Below are positions 1 through 11,900 of a DNA stretch of 58,369 nt, one piece after another. A model generated the notes under the pieces. It was not told the DNA's origin, searched no databases, and saw nothing but the letters and a program-made list of their open reading frames with translations. Made by a program: the position numbers and the translations under genes. Every line of letters starts with the position of its first letter. Positions within the stretch are counted from its first letter, which is position 1. Origin of the DNA: a virus (Duplodnaviria; Caudoviricetes); IMG/VR virus record IMGVR_UViG_3300009160_000050, positions 1-58,369 of that record; one strand, written 5' to 3'.

Positions 1-1
1 A

Positions 2-2134
2 GTACCAATCATTGAGGAAACTACTGAATTTACAGTAAATGAAATCTTCTACAAGCTTAACTTAATGAATGATAAGTTAAAAAATGAGTTTTTACCAGTA
101 AACGTTAAAATAAAAGACATTATTGGAGAATTCATCTACTTTCAAAAACTTACTATTAGTTATTGGCGAGACGATACTCATATTTTTGACTATGACCTAA
201 ATGAAGATGCAACAATTGATGTTTATCCTGATTTAAACGTAAATCTTACGCTTCGTGCTCTTGACCCATTATATCGTCGAGTTAGCACAAACGGAATTGA
301 CTTTGGTGTTGCTCGAATAAATGAAATTGCAAAGAATCCATTTGAATTTGGTCAAAAATACCTTACTGCTGAAGAAAATACACGAGTGATTAACAATATT
401 GAAACGTTCTATTCTGAGATTAAGGATCAAAAATTTCCGAGTCTTAGACAAAAACTAACTTGGGAATCCGGCGACGATCCTCAACGAATTATTGGAGCAC
501 CAGCTGTTTTTACAGTAGATATTGGAAAGTTTACAATTGCTGATCTAAAAGGAGTAAAACTAGAAGACTTAGACGAAATTGCCCCAGGTTTATTTCCCTA
601 TTGGACTCTAAATAATATTGACTTTAAAAACTATTATGAAATAACTTGGAGAATCACAAAAGACTCTCCAAATCCCTATAACTTTGAACACAGAGGTAAG
701 ATCGTCGATCTATATCGTATTGCACACTTCCTACCGTATGCTGGAAAATATAGAGTTACAGTAGAATTACATGACTTCTATGGAAACACTAGTGTATTTA
801 GTCGATTTGTAACAGTACAGGACGACATGAAACCTGAGATTATTGCCTATTCTAGACTTGAAGACAAGTTTGAATATTCAGTCGGTAACTTAGCTAATGT
901 TCAATTACAAGATTTTGGTGCCTCGCCAATCTATTATCCAAAAGTAAACGTTTTGGATAACGAGGACTCTGCTGTAAAAATTGATATTTACAAGAATTTA
1001 ATCGAGTGGATCTCTTTCTATAAAACTAGATATGGAATGGGACAAAATCTTTATGATGTTGAACTTTGGGACACAGATTTAAACATTTATGTTCCATATA
1101 CTAGCCCTTTCCAAAAACACCCAAAGAAACTCTATTGGGGATTAGGAGAAGATGACACTCCAGTCAAGATCAAAGATCTTAGAAGTATTAAACTTGGTGA
1201 GCTATATTGGATGCGATTGACTGATCTCATCTATTTAGATGATTTTGAAGCAGGGTTCTACCTTAGAAATCCAACTCCTGGTGACGTTATTCAAATTTCC
1301 CTTTTCTCAGACTATATCCTACCTAATTTCTCTACACTAGATGAATTAGTGCAGATACTTAATAATAGTGACCATCCTGGAATAAAATTATTTAATTACG
1401 AGATAATTAACGGGCGCCAGTCGGATAACCAATACATTATCCATGCTCAAGCTAATTACTTAAGTAAGGAAATGTATCACATCCTTAATATTTCTGGAGC
1501 AGGTAGTCCAGCGAGTCCAACTAGTCCAGGCATAGGTAGCGGTTTACGCGGCGACAAATATACATTCTTCTTACCGAAGAAAGTATTTTCAAAGTCGCTT
1601 ATCGATTACATGAAATCAATATCTCCAGTATTTGACGACGAGACCATGTTCCTTCTTGCAAAAACCAGTGATGTTCTCTCTGGTGCGGTGCAAGATCCAG
1701 GATTCTGGAGAGATGAAAGGTACTGGAAATTTGTTAATGACGAGCAGATCGGTTACTTGCCAACCACTATTGACCAAAATGCATTTAATATTACAGATAT
1801 TAAGTTATATGAAGAAACCTTTACTGTGCCAGAAAACGGTATTATCTTTTTCGTAATTAACAACTTAGATGGAAAAAGTGACTTTATTTGGAAATTAACA
1901 AACGTTGTGACTGGAGAAGAGATAGTAAAAGCTAAATCCGTGCCGTTCTTTGTATGGAAATTTAAGGATCTCGGTAACTTTACTCTTAGCGTAGAAGTTT
2001 TTGATAACCGAAACACAAGATATGTTTCAGAGATTCAAAACTTTATACAAGTTCTTGATAAAAAACAATATACTGGAAGAATCGAAACTCGGTTAAACGA
2101 CAGAAAGCGTCGTTTATTAAAGAGTCGAGTTTAA
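2..2134 (+). CDS. Large virion/baseplate structural protein, 5'-truncated, with PKD/Ig-like segments
   Basis: Frame is open from position 2 (VPIIEETTEF...) into the 65..2134 ORF. PKD-like strings YAGKYRVTVELHD and GNFTLSVEVFD. First of a run of very large structural genes. Confidence 0.55.
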   Translation, partial: VPIIEETTEFTVNEIFYKLNLMNDKLKNEFLPVNVKIKDIIGEFIYFQKLTISYWRDDTHIFDYDLNEDATIDVYPDLNVNLTLRALDPLYRRVSTNGIDFGVARINEIAKNPFEFGQKYLTAEENTRVINNIETFYSEIKDQKFPSLRQKLTWESGDDPQRIIGAPAVFTVDIGKFTIADLKGVKLEDLDEIAPGLFPYWTLNNIDFKNYYEITWRITKDSPNPYNFEHRGKIVDLYRIAHFLPYAGKYRVTVELHDFYGNTSVFSRFVTVQDDMKPEIIAYSRLEDKFEYSVGNLANVQLQDFGASPIYYPKVNVLDNEDSAVKIDIYKNLIEWISFYKTRYGMGQNLYDVELWDTDLNIYVPYTSPFQKHPKKLYWGLGEDDTPVKIKDLRSIKLGELYWMRLTDLIYLDDFEAGFYLRNPTPGDVIQISLFSDYILPNFSTLDELVQILNNSDHPGIKLFNYEIINGRQSDNQYIIHAQANYLSKEMYHILNISGAGSPASPTSPGIGSGLRGDKYTFFLPKKVFSKSLIDYMKSISPVFDDETMFLLAKTSDVLSGAVQDPGFWRDERYWKFVNDEQIGYLPTTIDQNAFNITDIKLYEETFTVPENGIIFFVINNLDGKSDFIWKLTNVVTGEEIVKAKSVPFFVWKFKDLGNFTLSVEVFDNRNTRYVSEIQNFIQVLDKKQYTGRIETRLNDRKRRLLKSRV

Positions 2135-2167
2135 AAATAATAAATAAACTAAAATAATTTAAAGAAC

Positions 2168-3145
2168 ATGGCATTTTTACCTGTTTCGTTACCCATTCAA
2201 GAAATCCTGTTGACCAATTTCGTTACTGATATTGCAACAATTAGTAATGCTAACGATTTAATCCTTAAAGATAAACTTGAAGACTTAATTAATAACTTCG
2301 AGTTTGATCTTACTGCGCTATCAATTGGAACGGATAATCCGATTAATTATGTAAGAGCACAGTCATTTATCGTTCAAGATACGGGAATTACATTCCAAAC
2401 AGGAACTCCAACCCAAATTATTGCACGATTAGAAAAAAATGCAAGTACTGAGTCAGTATTTACAGTAGATCGTATCAATGTTAACGTATTAACAACGACC
2501 GATCAAGTTAATGTAAACTCCGCAGTAGTTAATGATACTCTAGTAGTTGATGGAACTGCCTTATTCAACAATTCAATTGAATACAAAGCATCCATTATCG
2601 AATCAAAAGAAACAGTTACTGCAACTTTAACGAATGCCGGAACTCAAGCTGAGGCTAGAATCACTTTAACTAGCTCTTCTAGAAAAAATATCTTCGTTAA
2701 ATTAAAAGCAGTTACTGCACCTAACTTAAGTTTTGTGTACGATGGTGTTGGTGGATTTGATCCAGCAATCACTCAATTCGTGCTTTATATTGATTTCGAT
2801 GCAATTAACCCACCAGTTCAAAATACTGCATTTACTATCCATTTAGTAGATATTATTGAAGAAATTACTTCAACAAGTATATTACCATTTGTTTCAAGTG
2901 CGGCTCTTCCAACTATTATTAGAGGAGGAGACAATTTAAGTGCATTACCTACCACTGTTCCAGTGTATTTACACAATAATTTAGGTACAGCAACATACGA
3001 TATCGGAATCAATCCAGCTAGCTTAACCGTAGGTAACAACGTTGTTTCTTACTATGGCAATAATTTATCTCTTCTCTATATTCTTGATGAAAATACAGAC
3101 GACCGATTAATTATTACAAGTTCAGTTGGAATGGAATTCTTTTAA
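2168..3145 (+). CDS. Putative virion structural protein (beta-rich)
   Basis: 325 aa, Thr/Ile/Val/Asn-rich. ATAAATA at 2140-2146. Structural cluster context. Confidence 0.5.
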   Translation: MAFLPVSLPIQEILLTNFVTDIATISNANDLILKDKLEDLINNFEFDLTALSIGTDNPINYVRAQSFIVQDTGITFQTGTPTQIIARLEKNASTESVFTVDRINVNVLTTTDQVNVNSAVVNDTLVVDGTALFNNSIEYKASIIESKETVTATLTNAGTQAEARITLTSSSRKNIFVKLKAVTAPNLSFVYDGVGGFDPAITQFVLYIDFDAINPPVQNTAFTIHLVDIIEEITSTSILPFVSSAALPTIIRGGDNLSALPTTVPVYLHNNLGTATYDIGINPASLTVGNNVVSYYGNNLSLLYILDENTDDRLIITSSVGMEFF

Positions 3146-3168
3146 TTTATAAAAAATATAAAAGTTAA

Positions 3169-5256
3169 ATGGCAGTTACTCCATTAATTAAACCAGTACA
3201 AGACAAAAAGGGTATTTTCTACAACTTTCAGAGTGCGCTAGAAGACATCAATATTACTTTAAGTAATAGTGAGAATGCAGTGCGCTTTTCAAAATTTGCT
3301 CTTCTTCGTATTCCGGAAATAGGTACTCCAAACACATTAGCTACTGATAATAAAATTCAGTTTTTAGCTCAAGGAGAAACACCGTTAATTGATGGTTTAA
3401 ATCCAGACAATAATGTAAATCTTGCACAAAGCTTTCAAAATTATGCATTAAACTTTGAAGCGTTACTTTTAAATCGTCCACAATACAAAAGAGACGAGAA
3501 ATTAACAGTATCTGAACGTGTTTTTTGGAAGTGGATAAAAGAGCTTGGTGCAATTAGATTTCAAGATGCAAATGCATTAGAGAAAAATACTGCAGTTTTA
3601 GGAACCACTCCTAGATTCGTAGAAAAACCAGAAACTTCTTCTACATATAAGCGCGTTGTAAAATACATTGGTGATATTGACGTAGTAAACTCCTTAAAAT
3701 CAAAGGATAATTCTTACACTGAAATTTATATTCACGTACCAACTAACGTTGGTACAACCCCACACGTATTATTCAAATCAATTAGTGATTATAACTATTA
3801 TGAGAACATGACAGTTGCAAATAATGCAGCTGATCCTCTAAATATTGAATATCTTGCTGGAAGAAAATATAATGAGACTCATCCATTTGGACTTTCCATA
3901 AAGGCTTCATATGATTTAGATGACTCTACTGTTTTTGCACAAATCAAAAATACTATTCCTGATACTTATGCTCCAGGAAACTGGTTTACCCAAACTATTC
4001 GTAATGCATACTATACAGACAGTGTATTTAATATTGCAGCAGATCAAGTAATTTCAAAGCAATCTGGTTTATTTACAGTAGAATATTTAAGATCTAAACT
4101 TGATGGAATCTCTCTAGATTTTGATCTTGCAAATTATAAATTAGCTTCTGAAAATCCAGAAATAAAAGTATTTGCACAGTTTAACGATTATGTTGCAAAC
4201 CGCGACTTTGAATTTAATGCTGTTCTAATTTATTATGATACATACGATCCAAACAACCTAGATTCAAACGGACTACCTGTTGATTTTAGAACAAATCTAT
4301 ATGGTGTCCTTTTCCTAGATAAAATACAACAGAGCGGACTTGAATATCAAATTCCAGTAATTCAAAAATTCAAGCCAGATCCTTTAAATAAAATCAATGG
4401 AAACGCGTTCTCATTTAAGATGAACCTTAAATTAGATACATCAATTGAGAATGTTATTGTTGAAAAATCAATAAATGACTACTCTACTTTTTCATTAGAA
4501 TTGTTTACTGATGTTTTAACTCAATTCAAACAGTTACAACAACGATACAATGATAAGTTATTGGATCTTGAACAGCTTCGTCAAGATGTAGAAGGCCTAA
4601 AGGATTTATTAATTAATACTGAAGATCAAAATGAATTAAAAATTAGAGTAACTAATTTAGAAACTTCAGTTGCTGCAAGTAATGCATTATTTGATAACAC
4701 AAATGCTGTAGTACAGATGATAACTAGTGTAAACCAAAAAGTTGACGATATTATTAATGGAGATTCAAATATTACAGTATCTTATGACCTAGACACAGTT
4801 CGTCCAGGTGAAGGTATTTCAATTGATCGTAGAACTCCTAACCGTATTAGAGTAATAAATACAGATCAACAGTACAATATCTCAAATAATTCAATTACAA
4901 ATATCTTTACAAATAACGTATTAGAATTATCAAATTTCACAAACTACTTTGTTCACCAAAATAGTGGAGTACAGACAGTATTAGTTAGAGACTTAAATAT
5001 CTTTATAAATGATACAGTAGTTGCTTGGAAAAAAGGCCAAGTAGTAAGATTAGTATTTGATGATGAATTAGTTGCAGACGTATATAATGTAAAAATTTAT
5101 ACTGATGCATTAAATAAAAAGAATACTGGAGTGTATGGAGTAAATATAACAGTCTTAAACGACTTAGATTTTCTTCCATCACTAAATAAACCAATATTCG
5201 ATATTGTATGTATTGATGAAACTCTACTTACTTTCAGAATCGATAAAATAAGATAA
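3169..5256 (+). CDS. Putative virion structural protein with central coiled coil
   Basis: 695 aa. Heptad segment QFKQLQQRYNDKLLDLEQLRQDVEGLKDLL. Context. Confidence 0.5.
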   Translation: MAVTPLIKPVQDKKGIFYNFQSALEDINITLSNSENAVRFSKFALLRIPEIGTPNTLATDNKIQFLAQGETPLIDGLNPDNNVNLAQSFQNYALNFEALLLNRPQYKRDEKLTVSERVFWKWIKELGAIRFQDANALEKNTAVLGTTPRFVEKPETSSTYKRVVKYIGDIDVVNSLKSKDNSYTEIYIHVPTNVGTTPHVLFKSISDYNYYENMTVANNAADPLNIEYLAGRKYNETHPFGLSIKASYDLDDSTVFAQIKNTIPDTYAPGNWFTQTIRNAYYTDSVFNIAADQVISKQSGLFTVEYLRSKLDGISLDFDLANYKLASENPEIKVFAQFNDYVANRDFEFNAVLIYYDTYDPNNLDSNGLPVDFRTNLYGVLFLDKIQQSGLEYQIPVIQKFKPDPLNKINGNAFSFKMNLKLDTSIENVIVEKSINDYSTFSLELFTDVLTQFKQLQQRYNDKLLDLEQLRQDVEGLKDLLINTEDQNELKIRVTNLETSVAASNALFDNTNAVVQMITSVNQKVDDIINGDSNITVSYDLDTVRPGEGISIDRRTPNRIRVINTDQQYNISNNSITNIFTNNVLELSNFTNYFVHQNSGVQTVLVRDLNIFINDTVVAWKKGQVVRLVFDDELVADVYNVKIYTDALNKKNTGVYGVNITVLNDLDFLPSLNKPIFDIVCIDETLLTFRIDKIR

Positions 5257-5263
5257 AAATTAA

Positions 5264-8200
5264 ATGGAAGTTAAACACACATTATCAGACGTTTTAAAAA
5301 GACTTGTTGTTGACATCGACAACATGAACTCTTTTTTGTATAGCTTAGAAAACGTACTTGAATCAAAGTCAGAAAATGTAAATGTTAGCCAAACAAATAG
5401 TGATGGCTCAACATATTCCATCAATGTTCCATCTTTTGGATATTTAAAAGGAAAGATTGAAGATATTAATACTCGATTTGAAACTTTACTTTCAACAAAT
5501 AGCGATGTTATTGGAATCAAATCTGCAAACGGAGATGTTCGTAAATTTGAATTAAAGAAAACATCACAGTTATTACAAGAATTAGAGAGCATTTCAACTG
5601 CGTCATTTACACTACCTACTGAATTTGGAGTTAAAAACAACTGGTTCTTTGAATCATTTTTAAATCCATTACTTTATGTGAGCTTAGATATTTCAGGAGT
5701 TTTAACTGATGATATTGATAGTTTTGTAGTAAAGAGACTAATTGTAAACTCAGTAAATAACGATGATATTGCTACCTTCTTTGATAGCAACTACAAAAAC
5801 AGAAACGATATTTCATTAGAGACATTAAAACTTGATCTTGACGCAAATTCAATCGATTATTTTGAAGACGATAATATTGTTGATGTACAAACTGCAATCA
5901 ATCGATATAAAGGATCATTTGATGTATTGCGTATTCTTGAAGAAGAAGTAGCGCAAACTTTAACTAATCAAACAGTTACTGTAGTCCGACGTCGTTATAA
6001 ATTAAGCAGCTTAAACTATACAGATGTTCTTTCCGGTGTAAAAAATACTAGAATCCTAGCTGAAGGTGATACCTTAATTACTTCAAATGATTCTGAATAT
6101 AGAGTAACCACAGTTGACAAAACAAATACTGAAGTTGTATTAGAAAGAATTTTCGGAATTGACCCGATTACAATTGGTGCAAGCTCTCTTAGAATAAGAC
6201 CAGTTCCTTATCGCGAGCCTAAATTACAAATTAATGTAGGTTTCAATGAGCGTCAAATTCTTTTTATTAAACCTATTAGTAAAGCTAAAAACCTAACAGT
6301 TGATGACTATTCAACTGGTGTTGCACTTTACACAAATGATCTTACTATTCCATTACCGGATAGCACTACTGCTACGCTAGAAAATTATTACACCAATTTC
6401 GTTTCTGATTTTGGTTTAATTCTATTAAACATGGCAAAAGAGCGTAAACTACCTGCGATTGTTGCAAGTACCCCTACTGCTCCTACCTTATCTACTGCAA
6501 ACTTTAGTGTTATTCAAGTAGATCAACACATACAGGATGATAAGAATGTCACTCAAGTTCAAAACACAATAAAAGAAAAAGCAACTACTGAAAAAGAAAT
6601 TCAAGAGTTGAATAAAAAGATCGATGACATTAAGTCAACGATTACTACTACGGCTAAGTCTGAACCTGAGGTAAAGAGACTTAAGAAACAATTAACTGAG
6701 GTTCAAAAAAATAGAGATGAAAAAACAGTAAGCCTATCAACAGTAGTTACTAACCTTACTCTACAGATTTCTACTACTCCTCAATTTGTTGTACCTAAAA
6801 AATATGCAGTTCGAGGATTTTGGCAAATTCCTAGTCCAGTTAAAACAGTATACGGCGAACAAAACATAGTTCAATTTAAGTATCGTTACCGATATTTAAG
6901 TCAATCTGGAAATCAGCCTACTGCTCAACAACAAACGTTTGTAGATGCAGATGGAACACAGAGATCTGCGTCATTTTCACCATGGAAAGAAGTATTAAGC
7001 AAGCCGCGTACAAAATCATTAGATGCAACAACCGGTTTATATGTTTGGGATACTGAAAATGTTGCTGATTCGGAAGTTGTAAATTCTAATCAATTAGATA
7101 TTACAATCCGTAAAGGCGAAATCGTAGAAATACAAGTAAAATCCCTATCTGAAGCGGGATGGCCGGATAACGCTGCTGAATCTGCTTGGTCAAATTCAGT
7201 GCAAATACCTTTCCCAGAAAATATTTCTTCTGAGGAAGAGTCAACTGTTATCACACAACGTGCATTTGCAGATAAGACTAAAATCGATTTTGAAAGGAGT
7301 TTAATTGCTAGAGGATTAGATACTCACTTAGCACACCAATTTACAACTGGTGAAAAATTCTTTGCGCATACTGCCGAAGATATTTCAAGTGGATTCTTTA
7401 CGGATCAGGGCAACGTAATTAATATGTACGAGCAGATTAAAGCGTTAAGATCTACTGTAGAAAGTTTACAACAAGCAATCGCATCTGACAATGGAGTTAT
7501 TAAGCTTAGTATCATTGACCCAGACGGAAACACTACTGAGGTTGCAAATGGTGATACCATTAACTTATTTGCCGGCTATTATAAAGACTTAATCAAGGAC
7601 ACTACTGGCGGAACCACTGTTTATAACGAAGGTAGAATTATTACAAAACAATATGTAATTTCAATTCAAAATACATCAGCAAGTACGCTTGAACTTATTT
7701 CATTCTTATTTGGTGGAGTTGATGAGCTTTCGCTTGGTGTAAATTCACTAGGTAACCCGATTGCAACTGATCCGAATGGATACTTAACTTCAGATTATCA
7801 TGTAAATCGCCGTTACGATATTGTACCAATTGGTGTAAACAAAAATGCAACACCAATTATTGGTAATTTTAAACAAGCTGCAAGCGCACAATCTGGACAA
7901 GTAAAGAGTCAATATCTTACAAGTCGTATTAAAAATTACGGACTTTCAGAAGAGCTCTATGCAGATACAAATAATGGTTCAACTACTCCATCTTATCCAG
8001 CAACTGGATATATTGGCGTCAGTTATTATGCTAGCGGTTATACATGGTTAGGTCGCACAATTGGTACTACTTTAAATGTGCCAGCAAACGGGGCACACTA
8101 TTTACCATTTGACCCACAAATTGCGCCATACGGTTCAGTAAATACTAAGGTGTGGAACGGAACAACTGACTCTAGCTCAAATGGAGTCGGTGGCGGAAAA

Positions 8201-8896
8201 TTAACAGAATTCTGTATTAGTAAAGATCACCCTAGTATCAAAACGCTATGTGGTGCAAGTTACACCTACTCAGTTGCAAATATACGTTCAATATTTAGAC
8301 CGACCTTTGCGTCTGCAGTTCCACCTACAGTTGATGCTACTGCACCTCAACAATATTTACCATTTTCTCATGCACTACACTTTGAAACAACTGTGCAGGA
8401 GGATACAAATGTATATGGGGTAAAATATTATAAACAAGCATCTCGAATTACGCCAAGTACGCCAAGTACAACTACTGCTAGAAATGAATCACATTATCCT
8501 GTTAAATTAGGATTTAAACCAAACGATGAATATCTAATCGGTAAATATACGTGCGGTTCGTACTTATACTTATTTCCACAAGAATATGATACCGTTTCGG
8601 TTCAAGGAAATTTCCCAGCAACATCGTCTAAACAAATTAAATATGGTACTGAAAATACTTATAACATTCCTGTACTATTTCAATTTAGATGTTCAGACAA
8701 GTTAGGATACGTAGGAGGATTTAGACAAGCTGGTGCACTAAATAATGTTAAATATCAGAAAAAAATTGGAATCGACATCAATGTTAAGAATGATGTGCCT
8801 TTTTCTTTTGATCTTGAAATAAGCGCTCAGTATACTAAAGAAACTTCATTAGATGCACCATTAGTTCAAGGAAAAGGAAAAATTAGCACATTCTAA
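5264..8896 (+). CDS. Large putative baseplate/tail structural protein (coiled coil + FN3-like segment)
   Basis: 1210 aa. Coiled coil KEIQELNKKIDDIK. FN3-like VEIQVKSLSEAGWP...SAWSNSV. Confidence 0.5.
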   Translation: MEVKHTLSDVLKRLVVDIDNMNSFLYSLENVLESKSENVNVSQTNSDGSTYSINVPSFGYLKGKIEDINTRFETLLSTNSDVIGIKSANGDVRKFELKKTSQLLQELESISTASFTLPTEFGVKNNWFFESFLNPLLYVSLDISGVLTDDIDSFVVKRLIVNSVNNDDIATFFDSNYKNRNDISLETLKLDLDANSIDYFEDDNIVDVQTAINRYKGSFDVLRILEEEVAQTLTNQTVTVVRRRYKLSSLNYTDVLSGVKNTRILAEGDTLITSNDSEYRVTTVDKTNTEVVLERIFGIDPITIGASSLRIRPVPYREPKLQINVGFNERQILFIKPISKAKNLTVDDYSTGVALYTNDLTIPLPDSTTATLENYYTNFVSDFGLILLNMAKERKLPAIVASTPTAPTLSTANFSVIQVDQHIQDDKNVTQVQNTIKEKATTEKEIQELNKKIDDIKSTITTTAKSEPEVKRLKKQLTEVQKNRDEKTVSLSTVVTNLTLQISTTPQFVVPKKYAVRGFWQIPSPVKTVYGEQNIVQFKYRYRYLSQSGNQPTAQQQTFVDADGTQRSASFSPWKEVLSKPRTKSLDATTGLYVWDTENVADSEVVNSNQLDITIRKGEIVEIQVKSLSEAGWPDNAAESAWSNSVQIPFPENISSEEESTVITQRAFADKTKIDFERSLIARGLDTHLAHQFTTGEKFFAHTAEDISSGFFTDQGNVINMYEQIKALRSTVESLQQAIASDNGVIKLSIIDPDGNTTEVANGDTINLFAGYYKDLIKDTTGGTTVYNEGRIITKQYVISIQNTSASTLELISFLFGGVDELSLGVNSLGNPIATDPNGYLTSDYHVNRRYDIVPIGVNKNATPIIGNFKQAASAQSGQVKSQYLTSRIKNYGLSEELYADTNNGSTTPSYPATGYIGVSYYASGYTWLGRTIGTTLNVPANGAHYLPFDPQIAPYGSVNTKVWNGTTDSSSNGVGGGKLTEFCISKDHPSIKTLCGASYTYSVANIRSIFRPTFASAVPPTVDATAPQQYLPFSHALHFETTVQEDTNVYGVKYYKQASRITPSTPSTTTARNESHYPVKLGFKPNDEYLIGKYTCGSYLYLFPQEYDTVSVQGNFPATSSKQIKYGTENTYNIPVLFQFRCSDKLGYVGGFRQAGALNNVKYQKKIGIDINVKNDVPFSFDLEISAQYTKETSLDAPLVQGKGKISTF

Positions 8897-8900
8897 ATAG

Positions 8901-11900
8901 ATGGCAACAGATTTACAATACACTAAAACTCTATCACCCGAGTCAAGCTTTCAATTAGTTAGGACAAATCCTAAGCTAACTGGCAATATCAAACTAACTC
9001 TTAATGAAGCTGGCGACATGTGGTTAGATTCAATTAAGGCAAATTTAGAATTAGCAAAGGACGACTATTCTAGATTTCCAATCGATATTACTCAATCCCT
9101 TGCGGCAAACGTATATCAATTTTTTAAGAACGGCGAAACTCCAAATGAAATTATATTTGGTCTTACTGAAGGTGTAGATGCAACAAAAACCTCAAAGGAT
9201 TACAAAGATCAATATGATTTTTCTAATTATTTTAGCGGAGTCAAATATTTTCCTTCTAACAAGTATGACGAGCGTCTTTCTTATTTTGCTCCATTATATC
9301 TTAAAAAAGAGATTCCTAAGTATTTTGTTATCCTAAAAATCAAGGATCCATTAAACGATCCAATCAATATATCTAAAAGTAATTTTGAAAATGGTCAAAG
9401 CCGAGCAGATTACTTAATTGGATTATTTAAGGACGCATCAATTATCAAGACGTTTGACCTAAGCGAAAACTCTAAGCCAGGAAAATTTATTCGTGATTAC
9501 TTAAACAACAAAAATTTTCCAATTAGTCCACTTACTGTTTCTTTTGAAGAGGATGAATTTACTACATGGAATGGTATTGTTGTTAATTCTGGAACTTTAG
9601 GTAATCGCGGTGAATTACTCTATTCTCAATATAAAAGCTCAACTCCTCTAAAGTTTTTTGAAGAAAACATAACTAAGGGATTTGAAAGGAATGGAGTTAT
9701 CTTTCCAAATATCTTAAACTTAGAATTTATTTTCGATGATGATACTTCTGAGAATTATGATTTTAACCGATACTTAGGATTATATGTTAATTCAATTGAA
9801 CTTTCTGAGTTAGATATTGACCTTGAAAGAATGTATAATGAACGTGCAATCTGGTTAAATACCCCTCGTTTAAGAAGACCGTATCTTGAATCAGAAGAAA
9901 CGACGCTAGCTCAAACTAATACAGATGGAGTAGTCGTTCCATATAAGAATCTTAATTTTAACATGACTGAATTTGAAGATATTTTCTCAGATTCAGAAAC
10001 TCTATATTTTAACTACCTTACTGATAAAGACAATCGTCTTTATCTACCAAAGCTTGAGCAGCCATACTCGGTTGACTTGTCAGCGGACCTTTCAGTAGAC
10101 CTGGTTGGCGGCGGTACAACAGTTACTGTAACTTCAGTTACTCCACATGGATACGCAACTGATGATTTAATAATTATTACAAGTAGCGTTACTGGATTAA
10201 CTGGAAGTTATTTTATTACAAAGGTTTCAGATACTCAATTTACTTACCTAAACTCTACAGTTACCGCCAGTGTTACTGGTTCTGCTGCAACGGCTATTGG
10301 AGTAGGTAAGATGATTTTAAGTAACACTAATGTGGATGTTGCTAATTTCTTCGGTCCGTCGAATAACTTATTTTTACAGGATAAAGGATTTGGCAGTAAT
10401 TCAGCGGGTTTTTCATATGGTGTTATTAAAGTTAAGACAAATCTAAGTAACTTAGATGAGATTAAATTTTATCATCCAAATGGAACAAATGTAGATACTG
10501 TAGGCAAATATGATTACTTTACTGCGGCTACTGGTTATAGCTTAACTCTTAATCCTGGAGAATATTATGCATATAATGATTATGAAAATATTGTTGGACA
10601 TGACGTATTTTATTTTAATCCAGTAGGGCTAGCCAATGAGGTTGCAACTGCAATTGCAGGTTGCTTTAATTCACTACGTAATCGTACTGTTACTGCTTAT
10701 GCATATGATGAATACGTATTCATTAAATGTGCAGCTGCTGGTGACTTTGATAGTTTACATAAATTAAAGTTTACCTCACCATCTGCTCAATACTCTTCAG
10801 TTGAAATAGATGAGACTGGCGGGACGCAATTAGTTGGAACATATTTCCAATTTAAGGGCGGATCTAAAGCTACTAATAATCGTCTAGTAATCGATAGGGA
10901 TCACCTAGCTAAAATAGATCAGGAACTTGATAACTTATTAGTTAAAACAAATGGTAGCTGGTCAAAGATCAAGAAAACTTCAGGGTATGTTGACTTGATT
11001 ACTGAAGAGAACCTAACTTCTATTAAGGCTAAAAAATCTGCAATTGATAACTTCCTAAATAAAATGGTAGTTACTCTTGAGAATGAAGAATCACCAAATA
11101 TTCAATATGGAGATTTTATCATGCGAAAAAAATTTAGACCTGAATTTGGTTTAATTTCTCTTTTCCCAATCAAAGATATTGATTTTGATTTTTATACAAG
11201 CGGATACTTAAACTTTCCTCTAATTGATCTATATCAATATTACTATATTCCTTCAGACTATCCTCTATTGGAGCCTGGAACACAGTATATTTGTATTAAT
11301 TCTGGTACTGGAATTATTAATGATCCAACTATGCAGGCAACATCAACGACTGCAATTAATTTATCAGCGATTCTATCACTATCTATAGTTACGGTAAATG
11401 TTGGTACCGCTACTACATATGGATTTGCTAATGCATTTCAAACAATTCAAGTACAGTATGATGCTGAAAACTATTTTTACGGAACGGTTAACACATATAA
11501 CCCATTAACTGGAGATCTATTACTTGATGTAGCAAATTCACTTACTCAGGTTAAGTATACATCAGCTACTGCTCTTTCTTCATGGACGATATTTCAAATT
11601 GCAGCACCAACCATATCTTCCGGTGGATTTTTTCCATTTAAAGTAAATCAAACATGCTCTTATTCTAATCTTGTTGGATTTCCAGTAGTTTCATATTCTA
11701 GTGGAACTGCAGTATACAATCCATTAACCTATCCTATACACGATGAAAATTCAGAGCTTAAAAATTTCCCAGGATTCTCAATATTGAAGGATCCAGCAAA
11801 AGTAATTGCAGCAGATTTATCAGATGAATATACAATCAAAACTAAATATACAAACGGTTTAACTAATACTGAATATGATTTCTACAAAGAAAATGAAGCA

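Noticed and set aside
8449-8469. Short tandem repeat tacgccaag x2
   Set aside because: It encodes a TPSTPST linker and is too short to imply function.
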